Part shown: positions 17,147 through 25,844 of the stretch, piece after piece
How the letters are laid out: every line of letters starts with the position of its first letter
Numbering within the stretch: position 1 is the stretch's first letter
Assembly: GCA_049606355.1 (NCBI GenBank)
Contig: JBMYVL010000008.1
Location: 60,001 to 92,000, forward strand
DNA from: Opitutales bacterium
GTDB taxonomy: Bacteria; Verrucomicrobiota; Verrucomicrobiia; Opitutales; Coraliomargaritaceae
Direction: 5' to 3'
DNA length: 32,000 bases
The notes under the pieces: generated by a model
Told to the model about the DNA's origin: nothing
Database searches by the model: none
Seen by the model: the letters and a program-made list of their open reading frames with translations, nothing else
Program-made: the position numbers and the translations under genes

Positions 17147-17884
17147 TCAGTCGTTGTCCTGAATGTCGTAGATGTAACCGACACCGTGCACGGTTCGAAA
17201 CGCATCAATCGTTAATTCGTGCCGCTTAAATAGATCACGAATCTTAACGATATATTGGTCTAATGAGCGACTGCGCACATCGGCATGCACCCCCCAAACC
17301 GAGTGGATTAAGTTTTTTCGTGTCAGGACGGTGTTGGGGTTCGCTGCGAGGAATGCGAAGATGCCAAGTTCTTTGCGACCGATTTTTTCAGTGATGCCGT
17401 CGGGGAACGTTGCTTCCAGGCGATGCGGATTGATTTCGGCGCCGCAAAAGCTAAACGGCTCGTCCATTGTCGAGGCATTTTTGGTGATATGTCCGTCATT
17501 AGAGGTTTCAGCTCGGCGCAATACCGCATGAATACGGGCGACCAGCTCCGGGAAGCCAAATGGTTTGGTGATGTAGTCGTCACCACCCATTTCAAGGCCC
17601 TTTACTTTTTGAACCTCGGCATTGTCACCTGTTAGAAAGATGACCGGAACCTCAACGCCACTTTTGCGTAACTCCTCCATAAGAGTGAAGCCACTACTGT
17701 CGGGTAGGTGCAAGTCGAGTAACAGCAGGTTGGCGAAATTATTTTTAAGGAAGCGGTGGGCGTGCGCCGCTGCATGGCATATCTGACTTTGCATTCCCGC
17801 GACTTCTAATTGGGTGGCAATCATGGTTGCCATGTCTTTATCATCTTCAGCAATGACGATGAGTGGTTTTGGTGTATTACTCAT
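17147..17884 (-). CDS. OmpR/PhoB-family response regulator (receiver plus winged-helix DNA-binding domain)
   Basis: 245 aa. The receiver shows IAEDDKD, LLLLDLHLPD, VIFLTG and DDYITKPF. The C-terminal trans_reg_C shows ...LTRKNLIHSVWG...RSLDQYIVKIRDLF...IDAFRTVHGVGYIY. It starts 3 nt after the bcp stop. Confidence 0.88.
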   Translation of the reverse strand: MSNTPKPLIVIAEDDKDMATMIATQLEVAGMQSQICHAAAHAHRFLKNNFANLLLLDLHLPDSSGFTLMEELRKSGVEVPVIFLTGDNAEVQKVKGLEMGGDDYITKPFGFPELVARIHAVLRRAETSNDGHITKNASTMDEPFSFCGAEINPHRLEATFPDGITEKIGRKELGIFAFLAANPNTVLTRKNLIHSVWGVHADVRSRSLDQYIVKIRDLFKRHELTIDAFRTVHGVGYIYDIQDND

Positions 17885-17887
17885 AGT

Positions 17888-18364
17888 TTATGTGTTCAAT
17901 TGGTTGATGGTAGCCAGTACTTCGGCGGCATGCGTAGCTGGTTTTACTTTTGTGAAGGTCTTGAGTATCGTTCCATCTGTATCGATTAAGAACGACATGC
18001 GGTGGGCGGCTTCAAATTCGCGCCCCATAAAGGTCTTCTTACCAAACACCCCATAGGCTTTGGCCAAGAGGTGCTCTGGATCTGAAATTAACGGAAACGG
18101 TAACGCGTGTTTGGCGCGAAATTTTTCGTGGCTTTCCAAGCTGTCTTTACTGACACCGATGACTTGTAGATTCGCGGCCTTGAAGGCGCTCCAATCGTCG
18201 CGGATCGCACATGCCTGTGTCGTACATCCCGGAGTGTTGTCTTTCGGATAGAAGTAGAGCAAACAGGGCCGGCTCATTGCTTCACTGGAGAAGGTGCGCC
18301 CAGCTTCTTCAAATTCGAAGCGCGGTGCTTTGTGACCAGCTGACAAAGGATTTGGTGCTTCCAT
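17888..18364 (-). CDS. bcp: Thiol peroxidase Bcp (atypical 2-Cys peroxiredoxin)
   Basis: 158 aa. The active-site motif is FYPKDNTPGCTTQAC, giving CxxxxC with peroxidatic and resolving Cys. The remainder looks like the AhpC/TSA fold. Confidence 0.88.
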   Translation of the reverse strand: MEAPNPLSAGHKAPRFEFEEAGRTFSSEAMSRPCLLYFYPKDNTPGCTTQACAIRDDWSAFKAANLQVIGVSKDSLESHEKFRAKHALPFPLISDPEHLLAKAYGVFGKKTFMGREFEAAHRMSFLIDTDGTILKTFTKVKPATHAAEVLATINQLNT

Positions 18365-18404
18365 CGTTTAACGTACTCTTCCTGAATTTATGCCCTGCCT
18401 AGAT

Positions 18405-18429
18405 TTTTTTACAATTCAATTTTTTACAA
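18405..18429. promoter_or_regulatory. Tandem TTTTTTACAA repeat in the divergent bcp / hisG promoter region
   Basis: TTTTTTACAA occurs at 18405-18414 and again at 18420-18429, a 15-bp period. It lies 41-65 bp upstream of the bcp ATG. It is a candidate operator or UP-like element and is not validated. Confidence 0.25.
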
Positions 18430-18496
18430 ACTAGCCACAATCCGTGAATTTATTCTTGTGACTTGAGTTTCAAGGCCCACGTTTTTGCAGTTCATT

Positions 18497-19378
18497 ATGG
18501 AAAGCACACCATTACTTATGCTCGGTCTGCCGAAGGGGAGTTTAGAAGACTCTACCATCAAACTATTTGCGAAGGCAGGCTTTCAGATTACCAAGAGCTC
18601 CCGTTCGTATCGCCCCTCATTCGATGATACTGAGCTGGATGGCCGTTTTGTACGCGCCCAGGAAGTGAGCCGCTACGTCGAGCATGGGTATTTTGACTGC
18701 GGACTTACCGGGCAGGATTGGGTCCGAGAAAATAGCTCGGATGTAGTTGAGGTCTGTGACCTTGTGTACAGTCGCGCGTCCAACCGTCGCTCCAAATGGA
18801 TTGTCGCGGTTCCAGAAGCGTCGCCGATTCAGACGGTTAAGGACCTCGAGGGGAAACGCATTGCGACCGAAGTGGTGAATATCACCAAGCAGTACCTCAG
18901 CGACAACGGAGTTTCTGCCGAGGTTGAGTTTTCTTGGGGCGCGACTGAGGTTAAAGTCCCTGATCTGGTGGATGCGATTGTCGACCTTACTGAGACTGGC
19001 AATTCATTGCGGGCCAACAAACTGCGGATCGTAGATACACTTCTCTACACAAATACAGTGCTGGTTGCGAATAAAGCAGCTTGGGAGAATCCACAGAAGC
19101 GGGAGAAGATTGAAAACATTGCTTTGCTGCTACAGTCCGCCCTCGAGGCAACTAGTAAAGTAGGGCTGAAACTTAATATTGAGCGTGCGAAGCTGGATAT
19201 GGTTTTGGAGCAATTGCCCGCCTTGCGGAATCCAACGGTGAATCGCCTGACCGATGAAGCGTGGGTTGCGATTGATACGATTTTGGATGAGAAAGTGGTG
19301 CGTGAAATCATTCCGGCACTCAAGGCGCATGGTGCTGAGGGCATCGTTGAGTATCCACTCAATAAAGTGGTTTACTAG
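18497..19378 (+). CDS. hisG: ATP phosphoribosyltransferase, long form
   Basis: The sequence from the ATG at 18497 ([29 protein letters not shown]...) and the ~293-aa length, including the C-terminal regulatory domain, fit long-form HisG. The tracked ORF start at 18485 is a TTG. Confidence 0.88.
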   Translation: MESTPLLMLGLPKGSLEDSTIKLFAKAGFQITKSSRSYRPSFDDTELDGRFVRAQEVSRYVEHGYFDCGLTGQDWVRENSSDVVEVCDLVYSRASNRRSKWIVAVPEASPIQTVKDLEGKRIATEVVNITKQYLSDNGVSAEVEFSWGATEVKVPDLVDAIVDLTETGNSLRANKLRIVDTLLYTNTVLVANKAAWENPQKREKIENIALLLQSALEATSKVGLKLNIERAKLDMVLEQLPALRNPTVNRLTDEAWVAIDTILDEKVVREIIPALKAHGAEGIVEYPLNKVVY

Positions 19379-19422
19379 TAGAGTCGCACCGCGCGCGGGT
19401 GCCCTTCGCTTTATTTTCTAAC

Positions 19423-20310
19423 ATGAGTGATCGTCCCAACCGTTCTGTGCGTGTCGCTCTAATTCAAGGGCGGGAGCAGGGGAGTCGACAGGCGAATCTC
19501 GATTACACCATTGCGCGTATTCGCGAAGCCGCATCTGCAGGTGCGCAGATGATCTGTACACAAGAGCTATTTAATACGCCTTATTTTTGTGCCACACAAG
19601 ATCCTGCGCATTTCGATCTGGCTGAATCGGTTCCTGGCCCGACAACGGACCTGCTGTGCGCATTGGCTGCAGAGCTGGGTGTCGTCATCATCGCTTCTCT
19701 ATTTGAACGGCGTGGCGCGGGTGTTTATCACAATACCGCAGCTATACTCGATGCCGATGGTCGTTATCTGGGCAAGTATCGTAAAATGCATATTCCTCAG
19801 GATCCCGGTTTTGAGGAGAAGTTTTATTTCACACCGGGGGATTTAGGTTACCCAGTATGGGACACTGCATTTGGTAAGATCGGAGTGTTGATTTGTTGGG
19901 ATCAATGGTATCCCGAAGCGGCTCGGCTTGCGGCTCTTGCTGGAGCGGAAATCCTTTTTTATCCGACCGCAATCGGTTGGTTGCCTGAAGAAAAAGCTGA
20001 TTTAGGAGACGCGCAACATACCGCATGGGAAAGTGTGCAGCGTGGCCATGCCGTGGCAAACGGTTGCTATGTGGCGGCAGTGAATCGAGTCGGGACGGAG
20101 GCCGCTACCGAATTCTGGGGGCAGTCGTTTGTCGCCGATTGCTACGGACAAATTGTCGCGCGTGCGCCGTCAGATTGCGAGACGATCCTATATGCAGATT
20201 GCGATTTACATGCGCTGGAAGCGACTCGTCAAATCTGGCCGTTTTTTCGTGATCGCCGCGTGGATAGTTATGACGGACTTACACAACGGATGCTCGATAC
20301 AGATCCGTAG
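19423..20310 (+). CDS. aguB: N-carbamoylputrescine amidase (nitrilase superfamily)
   Basis: The Glu-Lys-Cys triad context is present: CTQELFNTPYFC, YRKMHIPQDPGFEEKFYFTPG and GVLICWDQWYPEAAR. The gene is adjacent to aguA. I chose the ATG at 19423; a GTG at 19399 is possible. Confidence 0.85.
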   Translation: MSDRPNRSVRVALIQGREQGSRQANLDYTIARIREAASAGAQMICTQELFNTPYFCATQDPAHFDLAESVPGPTTDLLCALAAELGVVIIASLFERRGAGVYHNTAAILDADGRYLGKYRKMHIPQDPGFEEKFYFTPGDLGYPVWDTAFGKIGVLICWDQWYPEAARLAALAGAEILFYPTAIGWLPEEKADLGDAQHTAWESVQRGHAVANGCYVAAVNRVGTEAATEFWGQSFVADCYGQIVARAPSDCETILYADCDLHALEATRQIWPFFRDRRVDSYDGLTQRMLDTDP

Positions 20311-20428
20311 GGGAAATCGCTGCAGGATCCAGAGCGCTACATCCTGAGCCGTGCGCCGAGTTGACTCGTCCGCCTGCGGCGGAATACTGATCCGCTGACT
20401 GCTGCGCCGCGTGGATTTGCCAATAATC

Positions 20429-21472
20429 ATGCCATCTAGAGAGACCGCCAAAATTTCGGATTTTCGTTTACCTGCCGAGTGGGAACCGCAGGCAGCAGTT
20501 TGGTTTGCATGGCCAGTCCGTCAGGATCTTTGGTCCGGGCAGATCCAGCAAGTGCGCCAGCAGTTGGCCGCGCTCTATATTATAGCGGCGCGCTATCAGA
20601 CGGTTCGAGTGCTGTGCCCGCGCTTTGCCCAAGGTGAGCTAATCGCGGCACTGCAGGCCGCCGGTGGACTGCAGGGTATTGAACTTTTTGATTACCAAAC
20701 AGACGATGTCTGGATCCGTGATTTTGGTCCGCTTTTTATGGTCAACGCGGAAGCTTCTGAGCTCGCTGTAGTCGATTGGGCCTTCAATGCATGGGGGAAT
20801 AAATTCCCTGAGCAGGCACGGGATAATGCGGCAAGCAAATGGATCGCTGAGCAATTGAAGCTTCGCCGTTTCGGTCAGCCGTTCGTACTGGAAGGTGGTG
20901 CGATTGAAAGCAATGGCGCAGGTGTTTTGCTCACAACCGAAGCGGTTCTACTCAACCCGAATCGGCGGGGCCCTGCTTCAATCGAAGGAGTGGAAGGTCT
21001 TTTAGCTGACGGGCTATGTATCGATCGGGTGCTATGGCTCAAAGATGGACTCGCGGGTGATGATACCGATGGCCATATCGACAATCTGGCGCGGTTCTTC
21101 GCTGTCGATGGGATATTGGTCGCGATGCCCGCGGCAACGGATACTGCTAATACACCTGCCTTGCAGGAGAATCGGCGACGCATTCAACAAATGGGGACCG
21201 ATCGTGGCTTGCCGTATCGAATCGTGGAACTGCCGCTGCCAAATCCATTCCAGGTCGAGGGTCGACCGCTTGCTGCCAGTTATTTGAATTATTTAGTACT
21301 CAACGATGCGGTGTTGGTACCCACGTTCAATCAACCGGAGCAAGATGCACAGGCGCTGCAAATCATCGCTTCCTGTTTCCCCACTCGACAAATTGTTGGC
21401 TTTGATTGCTGCAAGATCGTGCAGGAGGGCGGCGCACTGCATTGTATGAGCCAGAATCAACCTGCGCTCTGA
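20429..21472 (+). CDS. aguA: Agmatine deiminase
   Basis: PAD_porph-family motifs are present: LPAEWEPQAAVWFAWP, WIRDFGP, DGHIDNLARF and the C-terminal catalytic Cys in GGALHCMSQ. I chose the ATG at 20429; a GTG at 20411 is possible. Confidence 0.88.
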   Translation: MPSRETAKISDFRLPAEWEPQAAVWFAWPVRQDLWSGQIQQVRQQLAALYIIAARYQTVRVLCPRFAQGELIAALQAAGGLQGIELFDYQTDDVWIRDFGPLFMVNAEASELAVVDWAFNAWGNKFPEQARDNAASKWIAEQLKLRRFGQPFVLEGGAIESNGAGVLLTTEAVLLNPNRRGPASIEGVEGLLADGLCIDRVLWLKDGLAGDDTDGHIDNLARFFAVDGILVAMPAATDTANTPALQENRRRIQQMGTDRGLPYRIVELPLPNPFQVEGRPLAASYLNYLVLNDAVLVPTFNQPEQDAQALQIIASCFPTRQIVGFDCCKIVQEGGALHCMSQNQPAL

Positions 21473-21504
21473 CAAAGCCATCGATGCTTTAAGGTCGCAA
21501 CGCC

Positions 21505-22347
21505 CTAAACATCGACGTTAAAGCCGAGTGCTTCAGGATCAAAGTGCATGCAGGCCACCCGCGTCGCTGGCCCCGTCATGCGGATCTTATAGGCATCACC
21601 AATTTCAATGCCAATTTTACCGCCCGGCATATGCACGGTGATTGTCTCGTCGCACAGTCCGATGTGATGCGCGACTGCAGCGGCGGCACTGCTACTGGAG
21701 CCAGAGGCAAGGGTATAGCCGGCGCCACGCTCCCAAATTTCAATCTGAATATTGTTGCGGTCGATGACTTTGAGGAACTGCACGTTGGTGCGGTTCGGGA
21801 AAGAGGGATGTACTTCGATCGCAGCACCATCCTTGCAGGCGAGCGTCTCTGAAATTTCATTCAGGGGCACCACGCAATGTGGATTGCCGATATCAGCGAT
21901 GTAAACAGTGTAATCGATGCCATGGATAGACAGCGACTCCCCCTGCGTTGCCTCTGTAGAAGGCGATGACTCGCGGCCAAATGTAACCTTGCCCATATCG
22001 ACAGTGATCGACTGTGCGCCTTCGCTGATCTTACAGGTGACGATTCCGCCGATTGTATCGACGGTGAAAGGCTTTGTCCCAACCTTATCGCAGTCGTATA
22101 AATAGCGCGCGAAAATCCTTAGGCCATTGCCACTTTTTTCCGCTTCAGAGCCATCCGGATTAATGATGCGCAAGCCGAAATCAGCACGGTCCGTTGGTAT
22201 CGGTCCATAGAGGATGCCATCGGAGCCAAGCCCAAAATTACGGTGGCAGATACGTATGGTCGCATCGGTCTCCGGGAGTTCAGGTGCATCAATCGGATCG
22301 AGAACGAGGTAATCGTTTCCCAATGCATGGTATTTGCTGAATTTCAT
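21505..22347 (-). CDS. Diaminopimelate-epimerase-family protein with both catalytic Cys replaced by Ser
   Basis: 280 aa. It has DapF hallmarks: MKFSKYHALGNDYLVLD, GNPHCVV and WERGAGYT. However, the two active-site positions read KSGNG and LASGS instead of xCGNG and xACGS (see findings). It starts 5 nt after the leuA stop. Confidence 0.8.
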   Translation of the reverse strand: MKFSKYHALGNDYLVLDPIDAPELPETDATIRICHRNFGLGSDGILYGPIPTDRADFGLRIINPDGSEAEKSGNGLRIFARYLYDCDKVGTKPFTVDTIGGIVTCKISEGAQSITVDMGKVTFGRESSPSTEATQGESLSIHGIDYTVYIADIGNPHCVVPLNEISETLACKDGAAIEVHPSFPNRTNVQFLKVIDRNNIQIEIWERGAGYTLASGSSSSAAAAVAHHIGLCDETITVHMPGGKIGIEIGDAYKIRMTGPATRVACMHFDPEALGFNVDV

Positions 22348-22352
22348 GAGTA

Positions 22353-24032
22353 TTAAAGTGTTGTCATGCGGTTATAGGCACTGATTAGCGCGCGTAGGCC
22401 GGCGAGTTCGATGTTGGGATCCACGCCGCAGCCGTAGTAGACCTTGCCGTCGGCTTGTTGGATCTGAATATACGCAGCCGCCTCTGTTTTAGAGCCTGAA
22501 CCAATCGAATGTTGGCGGTAGTCGACCAGTGTGAAGTTTTTCATCCCGCGCTGATCCAAGGCATCCACAAAGGCGCTGATTGGACCATTGCCTTGCCCCG
22601 CTACGGTACTCTGCTCGCCCTTGTAGACGATGTCGGCTTCCACACGTACTTCCCCTGTTTTGGAAAAATCTTCCCGATCGATCGCGCTGATTGCCAATGG
22701 TTCAGAAAGGTTGACGTAGGCGTCTTTAAAAACGGCGTAGACCTCATCTGGATTCAATTCGCGGCTATCTGCATCTGCGGCAGCGTTAATGACTTCTCCG
22801 ACTTCGGGGTGCATTGCTTTGGGGAGATCCAGACCAAAGTCGCGTGCGAGAATATAGGCCACACCTCCTTTGCCACTTTGGCTATTGATTCGGATAATGG
22901 CCTCGTAGTCACGCCCGATATCCTGTGGATCAATGAGCAAATAGGGGACCTGCCAGAGGGCACGTTCACTATCAGCGGCAGCATCGCGTAGATCCATGCC
23001 TTTCTTAATCGCATCCTGGTGCGAACCTGAAAATGCCGTGAAGACCAAGTCGCCTGCATAGGGGTGTCGCTCGGGCACTGACATGCGCGTAATGCGTTCA
23101 TAATCCGCACGGATGCTGTCGAGGTTCGAAAAGTCGAGGCGAGGATCCACACCTTGCGCGTAGAGGTTTAGCGCGACCGTGACGATATCGAGATTCCCCG
23201 TGCGCTCGCCATTGCCAAATAAAGTACCTTCCACGCGATCTGCACCCGCCATTAAACCGAGTTCAGTGGCAGCGACACCGGTACCCCGGTCGTTATGAGT
23301 GTGCAGACTGATAATCGCTTTATTGCGCTCCTTCATGTGTCGGCAGAACCATTCGATTTGGTCAGCGTGCACATTGGGAGTCGCGACTTCGACAGTCGCG
23401 GGTAAGTTCAGGATAATTGGGTTTGTCTCGCTGGGTTGCCAGACGTCCATCACCGCTTCACAGACTTCCAAGGCATACTCCACCTCTGTGTCGGAAAAAC
23501 TCTCTGGGGAGTATTGAAGCCGTATTTGGGTGTCTGGAATTGTATCGACCAAAGATTGGATCAATCGCGCACCATCGACAGCGATTTGTTTAATCGCTTC
23601 CTTACTTTTGTTGAACGTGACGCGCCGCTGTAAGGGGGATGTCGAATTGTACAGATGAACAATCGCCTGCTTCACGCCGGCTAAACTCTCGAAAGTGCGA
23701 CGTATGAGATGTTCGCGCGCCTGCACCAAGACTTGGATGGTGACATCCTCGGGGATGCGTTGCTCCTCGACCAAGCGACGAATGAAGTTAAATTCGGTGT
23801 CGCTGGCAGAGGGAAAGCCAACCTCGATCTCCTTGAAGCCGATTTTGACCAGTAGCTCAAAAAATTCAATTTTCTCATCCACCGTCATCGGAATCGCCAA
23901 GGCTTGGTTTCCGTCTCTTAAGTCGACGCTGGTCCAGATAGGAGCCTGTTGAATCACGCGGCTCGGCCAAATACGGTCGGGCAGATCAATTTGTGGAAAA
24001 GCTTTATACTTTGTGATGGATCCTGTTTGCAT
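22353..24032 (-). CDS. leuA: 2-isopropylmalate synthase (long, actinobacterial-type LeuA)
   Basis: About 559 aa from the ATG at 24032; a TTG at 24062 is the longest ORF. The protein is collinear with LeuA: DLRDGNQALAIPMTVDEK, EIEVGFPSASDTEFNFIR, LHTHNDRGTGVAATELG, FGNGERTGN and VPYLLIDPQDIGR. A C-terminal regulatory domain is present. Confidence 0.9.
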   Translation of the reverse strand: MQTGSITKYKAFPQIDLPDRIWPSRVIQQAPIWTSVDLRDGNQALAIPMTVDEKIEFFELLVKIGFKEIEVGFPSASDTEFNFIRRLVEEQRIPEDVTIQVLVQAREHLIRRTFESLAGVKQAIVHLYNSTSPLQRRVTFNKSKEAIKQIAVDGARLIQSLVDTIPDTQIRLQYSPESFSDTEVEYALEVCEAVMDVWQPSETNPIILNLPATVEVATPNVHADQIEWFCRHMKERNKAIISLHTHNDRGTGVAATELGLMAGADRVEGTLFGNGERTGNLDIVTVALNLYAQGVDPRLDFSNLDSIRADYERITRMSVPERHPYAGDLVFTAFSGSHQDAIKKGMDLRDAAADSERALWQVPYLLIDPQDIGRDYEAIIRINSQSGKGGVAYILARDFGLDLPKAMHPEVGEVINAAADADSRELNPDEVYAVFKDAYVNLSEPLAISAIDREDFSKTGEVRVEADIVYKGEQSTVAGQGNGPISAFVDALDQRGMKNFTLVDYRQHSIGSGSKTEAAAYIQIQQADGKVYYGCGVDPNIELAGLRALISAYNRMTTL

Positions 24033-24281
24033 GGTGCGGGGGCAGCAAAAAGTGTGAGTCAATCAGGTTTGCTGCGGAAATAAAGCGCGCATTTTAGATT
24101 GTAGCAACCGCCGTTCAAAGCCTTTTTGGCCTTTGCTTTGCTTGTGGGAGGCGCCCCATACAAGGCTCGTTGGCGATGTGTAAGCTTGTTTGCTCCTGCC
24201 TCCATTGAGTGCTGAAGAAGTAGTTAAGCCATTTGTTTTGAATTGCTTAAGTGGAATGGGGGCAAGTCTTGAGCCCAGCAC

Positions 24282-24893
24282 TTGGTGCTTGTTCATACTG
24301 CGTTTACTCATCAGGTTGGCGCGGTGTCAGAATTTGTATCAGATTTGTCAGGTCGTACCATCGTGTTGGGGGTCACTGGCTCGATCGCAGCTTATAAGGC
24401 TGCGGATATAACCAGCCGTCTTACGGAATTGGGCGCTAAGGTCTTCCCCGTACTCACGCAATCCGCCTGTCAGTTTATCCAGCCGCTTACGCTCCAGACA
24501 TTGGCACGTAACCCTGCCGCGCATGACCTCTGGCAGGAAGTCGACGCTTGGCAACCGGGGCATATTGATCTGGCGGATCAGGCGGATTTACTCCTGGTCG
24601 CACCCGCGACAGCGCACTGTCTGGCAAATTTTGCGCACGGGCTGGCTCCCGATTTGTTGACATCAATTCATTTGGCAACACGTGCGCCGACGCTGTTGGC
24701 ACCTGCCATGAACGGGAAGATGCTGGCACATCCGGCAACTCAGGCGAACCTGAAGCTGCTGCGGGAGCGTGGCTACCATTTTATTGAGCCGCAGTGCGGT
24801 CGGCTTGCCTGCGGCTATGAGGGCGAGGGCAAGCTGGCTGAGGTCGCTACCATCATACAGGCCGTATCTGATTTCTTCAGCACTCCGGCGTGA
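24282..24893 (+). CDS. coaC: Phosphopantothenoylcysteine decarboxylase-type flavoprotein (HFCD family), stand-alone
   Basis: Motifs present: IVLGVTGSIAAYKAADI, HIDLADQADLLLVAPATA, LAPAMNGKM and the catalytic-loop Cys in RLACGYEGEGKLAE. There is no CoaB domain. There is no in-frame ATG, so the candidate starts are TTG 24282, GTG 24324 and TTG 24345, and the start is uncertain. Confidence 0.75.
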   Translation: MVLVHTAFTHQVGAVSEFVSDLSGRTIVLGVTGSIAAYKAADITSRLTELGAKVFPVLTQSACQFIQPLTLQTLARNPAAHDLWQEVDAWQPGHIDLADQADLLLVAPATAHCLANFAHGLAPDLLTSIHLATRAPTLLAPAMNGKMLAHPATQANLKLLRERGYHFIEPQCGRLACGYEGEGKLAEVATIIQAVSDFFSTPA

Positions 24894-25020
24894 GGGCACC
24901 CCTTGATGTCTGGATGGTGTAACCCAGTGACTGGATCTGCCTGTGGCACCGTGGTTTAGGGGCGGTACATCGGCGACTTTTCGCTTGTCTACCAAGGTAA
25001 AGTATTTGTTAAACTAAATT

Positions 25021-25806
25021 ATGGTTGTACCCCGAACCATTTGTGTCCGCTACGCGTATTTGGCCTTGTTGTCCTGTTGGTCCTGGCTGTTGCCCTTATC
25101 TGCGGATCAGGCAGACCATGATTTGCCTACGATCCAGGAGCTATACCTGAATTATATTCAAGCGAATGGCGGGCTCGCGCAAATACAGTCGCTCAGATCC
25201 GTCATTATAAGCGGCCGCATCAGTAACTATATTAAAGAGGATGCGGTCTCTGTGGATTTTAAGCTGTGCCGCAAGCAACCCAACCGTATGCGCATGCGCA
25301 TGGATTTCGAACAGTATTCGATGCTCACGATCTATGATGGGGAGCAAGGATGGCGCCGCTGGACTCATGACAATGGTGCGACGCATGAGATCGAATTGGA
25401 TGCAGCGGCCTTGAGCAGTGTTCGCACGAGCAGCAGTCTACACTCACCTCTCTATGAAATGAGAGATCAATTGAGTGATTTTGAAGTTGTTGCGATGGAA
25501 ACCGTCAATGGGCGTTCTGCGCTTAAACTTCAAGCAGTACAGCAAAGCGATTCGAAGTACCGCACGCTTTGGCTGGATGCAGAGAATTATCAAGAACTGA
25601 AGTTGATCCCCAATTGGGATGAATTGCCGAGTGAACTGTCTGCGGATTACCACGAGCTGGTATTGTCTGATTACAGGAATATCGATGGCCACTGGATGCC
25701 GTACCAAGCCGACTATTATTTAGATGGGGAAGTGGTTCGATCCACGGTGGTGACAAAGGTCCGTGTGAATGTAGGTGTTTTCGACGGCTACTTCAGCCTG
25801 AATTAG
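25021..25806 (+). CDS. Exported hypothetical protein, possibly a LolA-like lipoprotein-sorting fold
   Basis: 261 aa with an N-terminal hydrophobic signal (YLALLSCWSWLLPLSA). The sequence pattern (YIQANGGLAQIQSLRSVIISGRI...IYDGEQGW...SDYRNIDGHWMPY) resembles LolA_like/DUF-type beta-sandwich proteins. The family assignment is tentative. Confidence 0.4.
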   Translation: MVVPRTICVRYAYLALLSCWSWLLPLSADQADHDLPTIQELYLNYIQANGGLAQIQSLRSVIISGRISNYIKEDAVSVDFKLCRKQPNRMRMRMDFEQYSMLTIYDGEQGWRRWTHDNGATHEIELDAAALSSVRTSSSLHSPLYEMRDQLSDFEVVAMETVNGRSALKLQAVQQSDSKYRTLWLDAENYQELKLIPNWDELPSELSADYHELVLSDYRNIDGHWMPYQADYYLDGEVVRSTVVTKVRVNVGVFDGYFSLN

Positions 25807-25844
25807 CGCCGCTTGTAGGCGCATGGAGTCGGGGCTTCAGTCGG

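Noticed and set aside
22509-22991. 160-aa plus-strand ORF inside leuA
   Set aside because: It is antisense to a clearly conserved LeuA coding region. Its sequence is low-information with no motif support.
24063-24311. 82-aa minus-strand ORF ending right at the leuA upstream region; leucine leader peptide idea
   Set aside because: The ORF is basic and Ser/Lys-rich rather than Leu-rich. It overlaps the coaC 5' end on the other strand and has no support. I saw only imperfect hairpins in the ~250-nt leader and cannot support an attenuator call.
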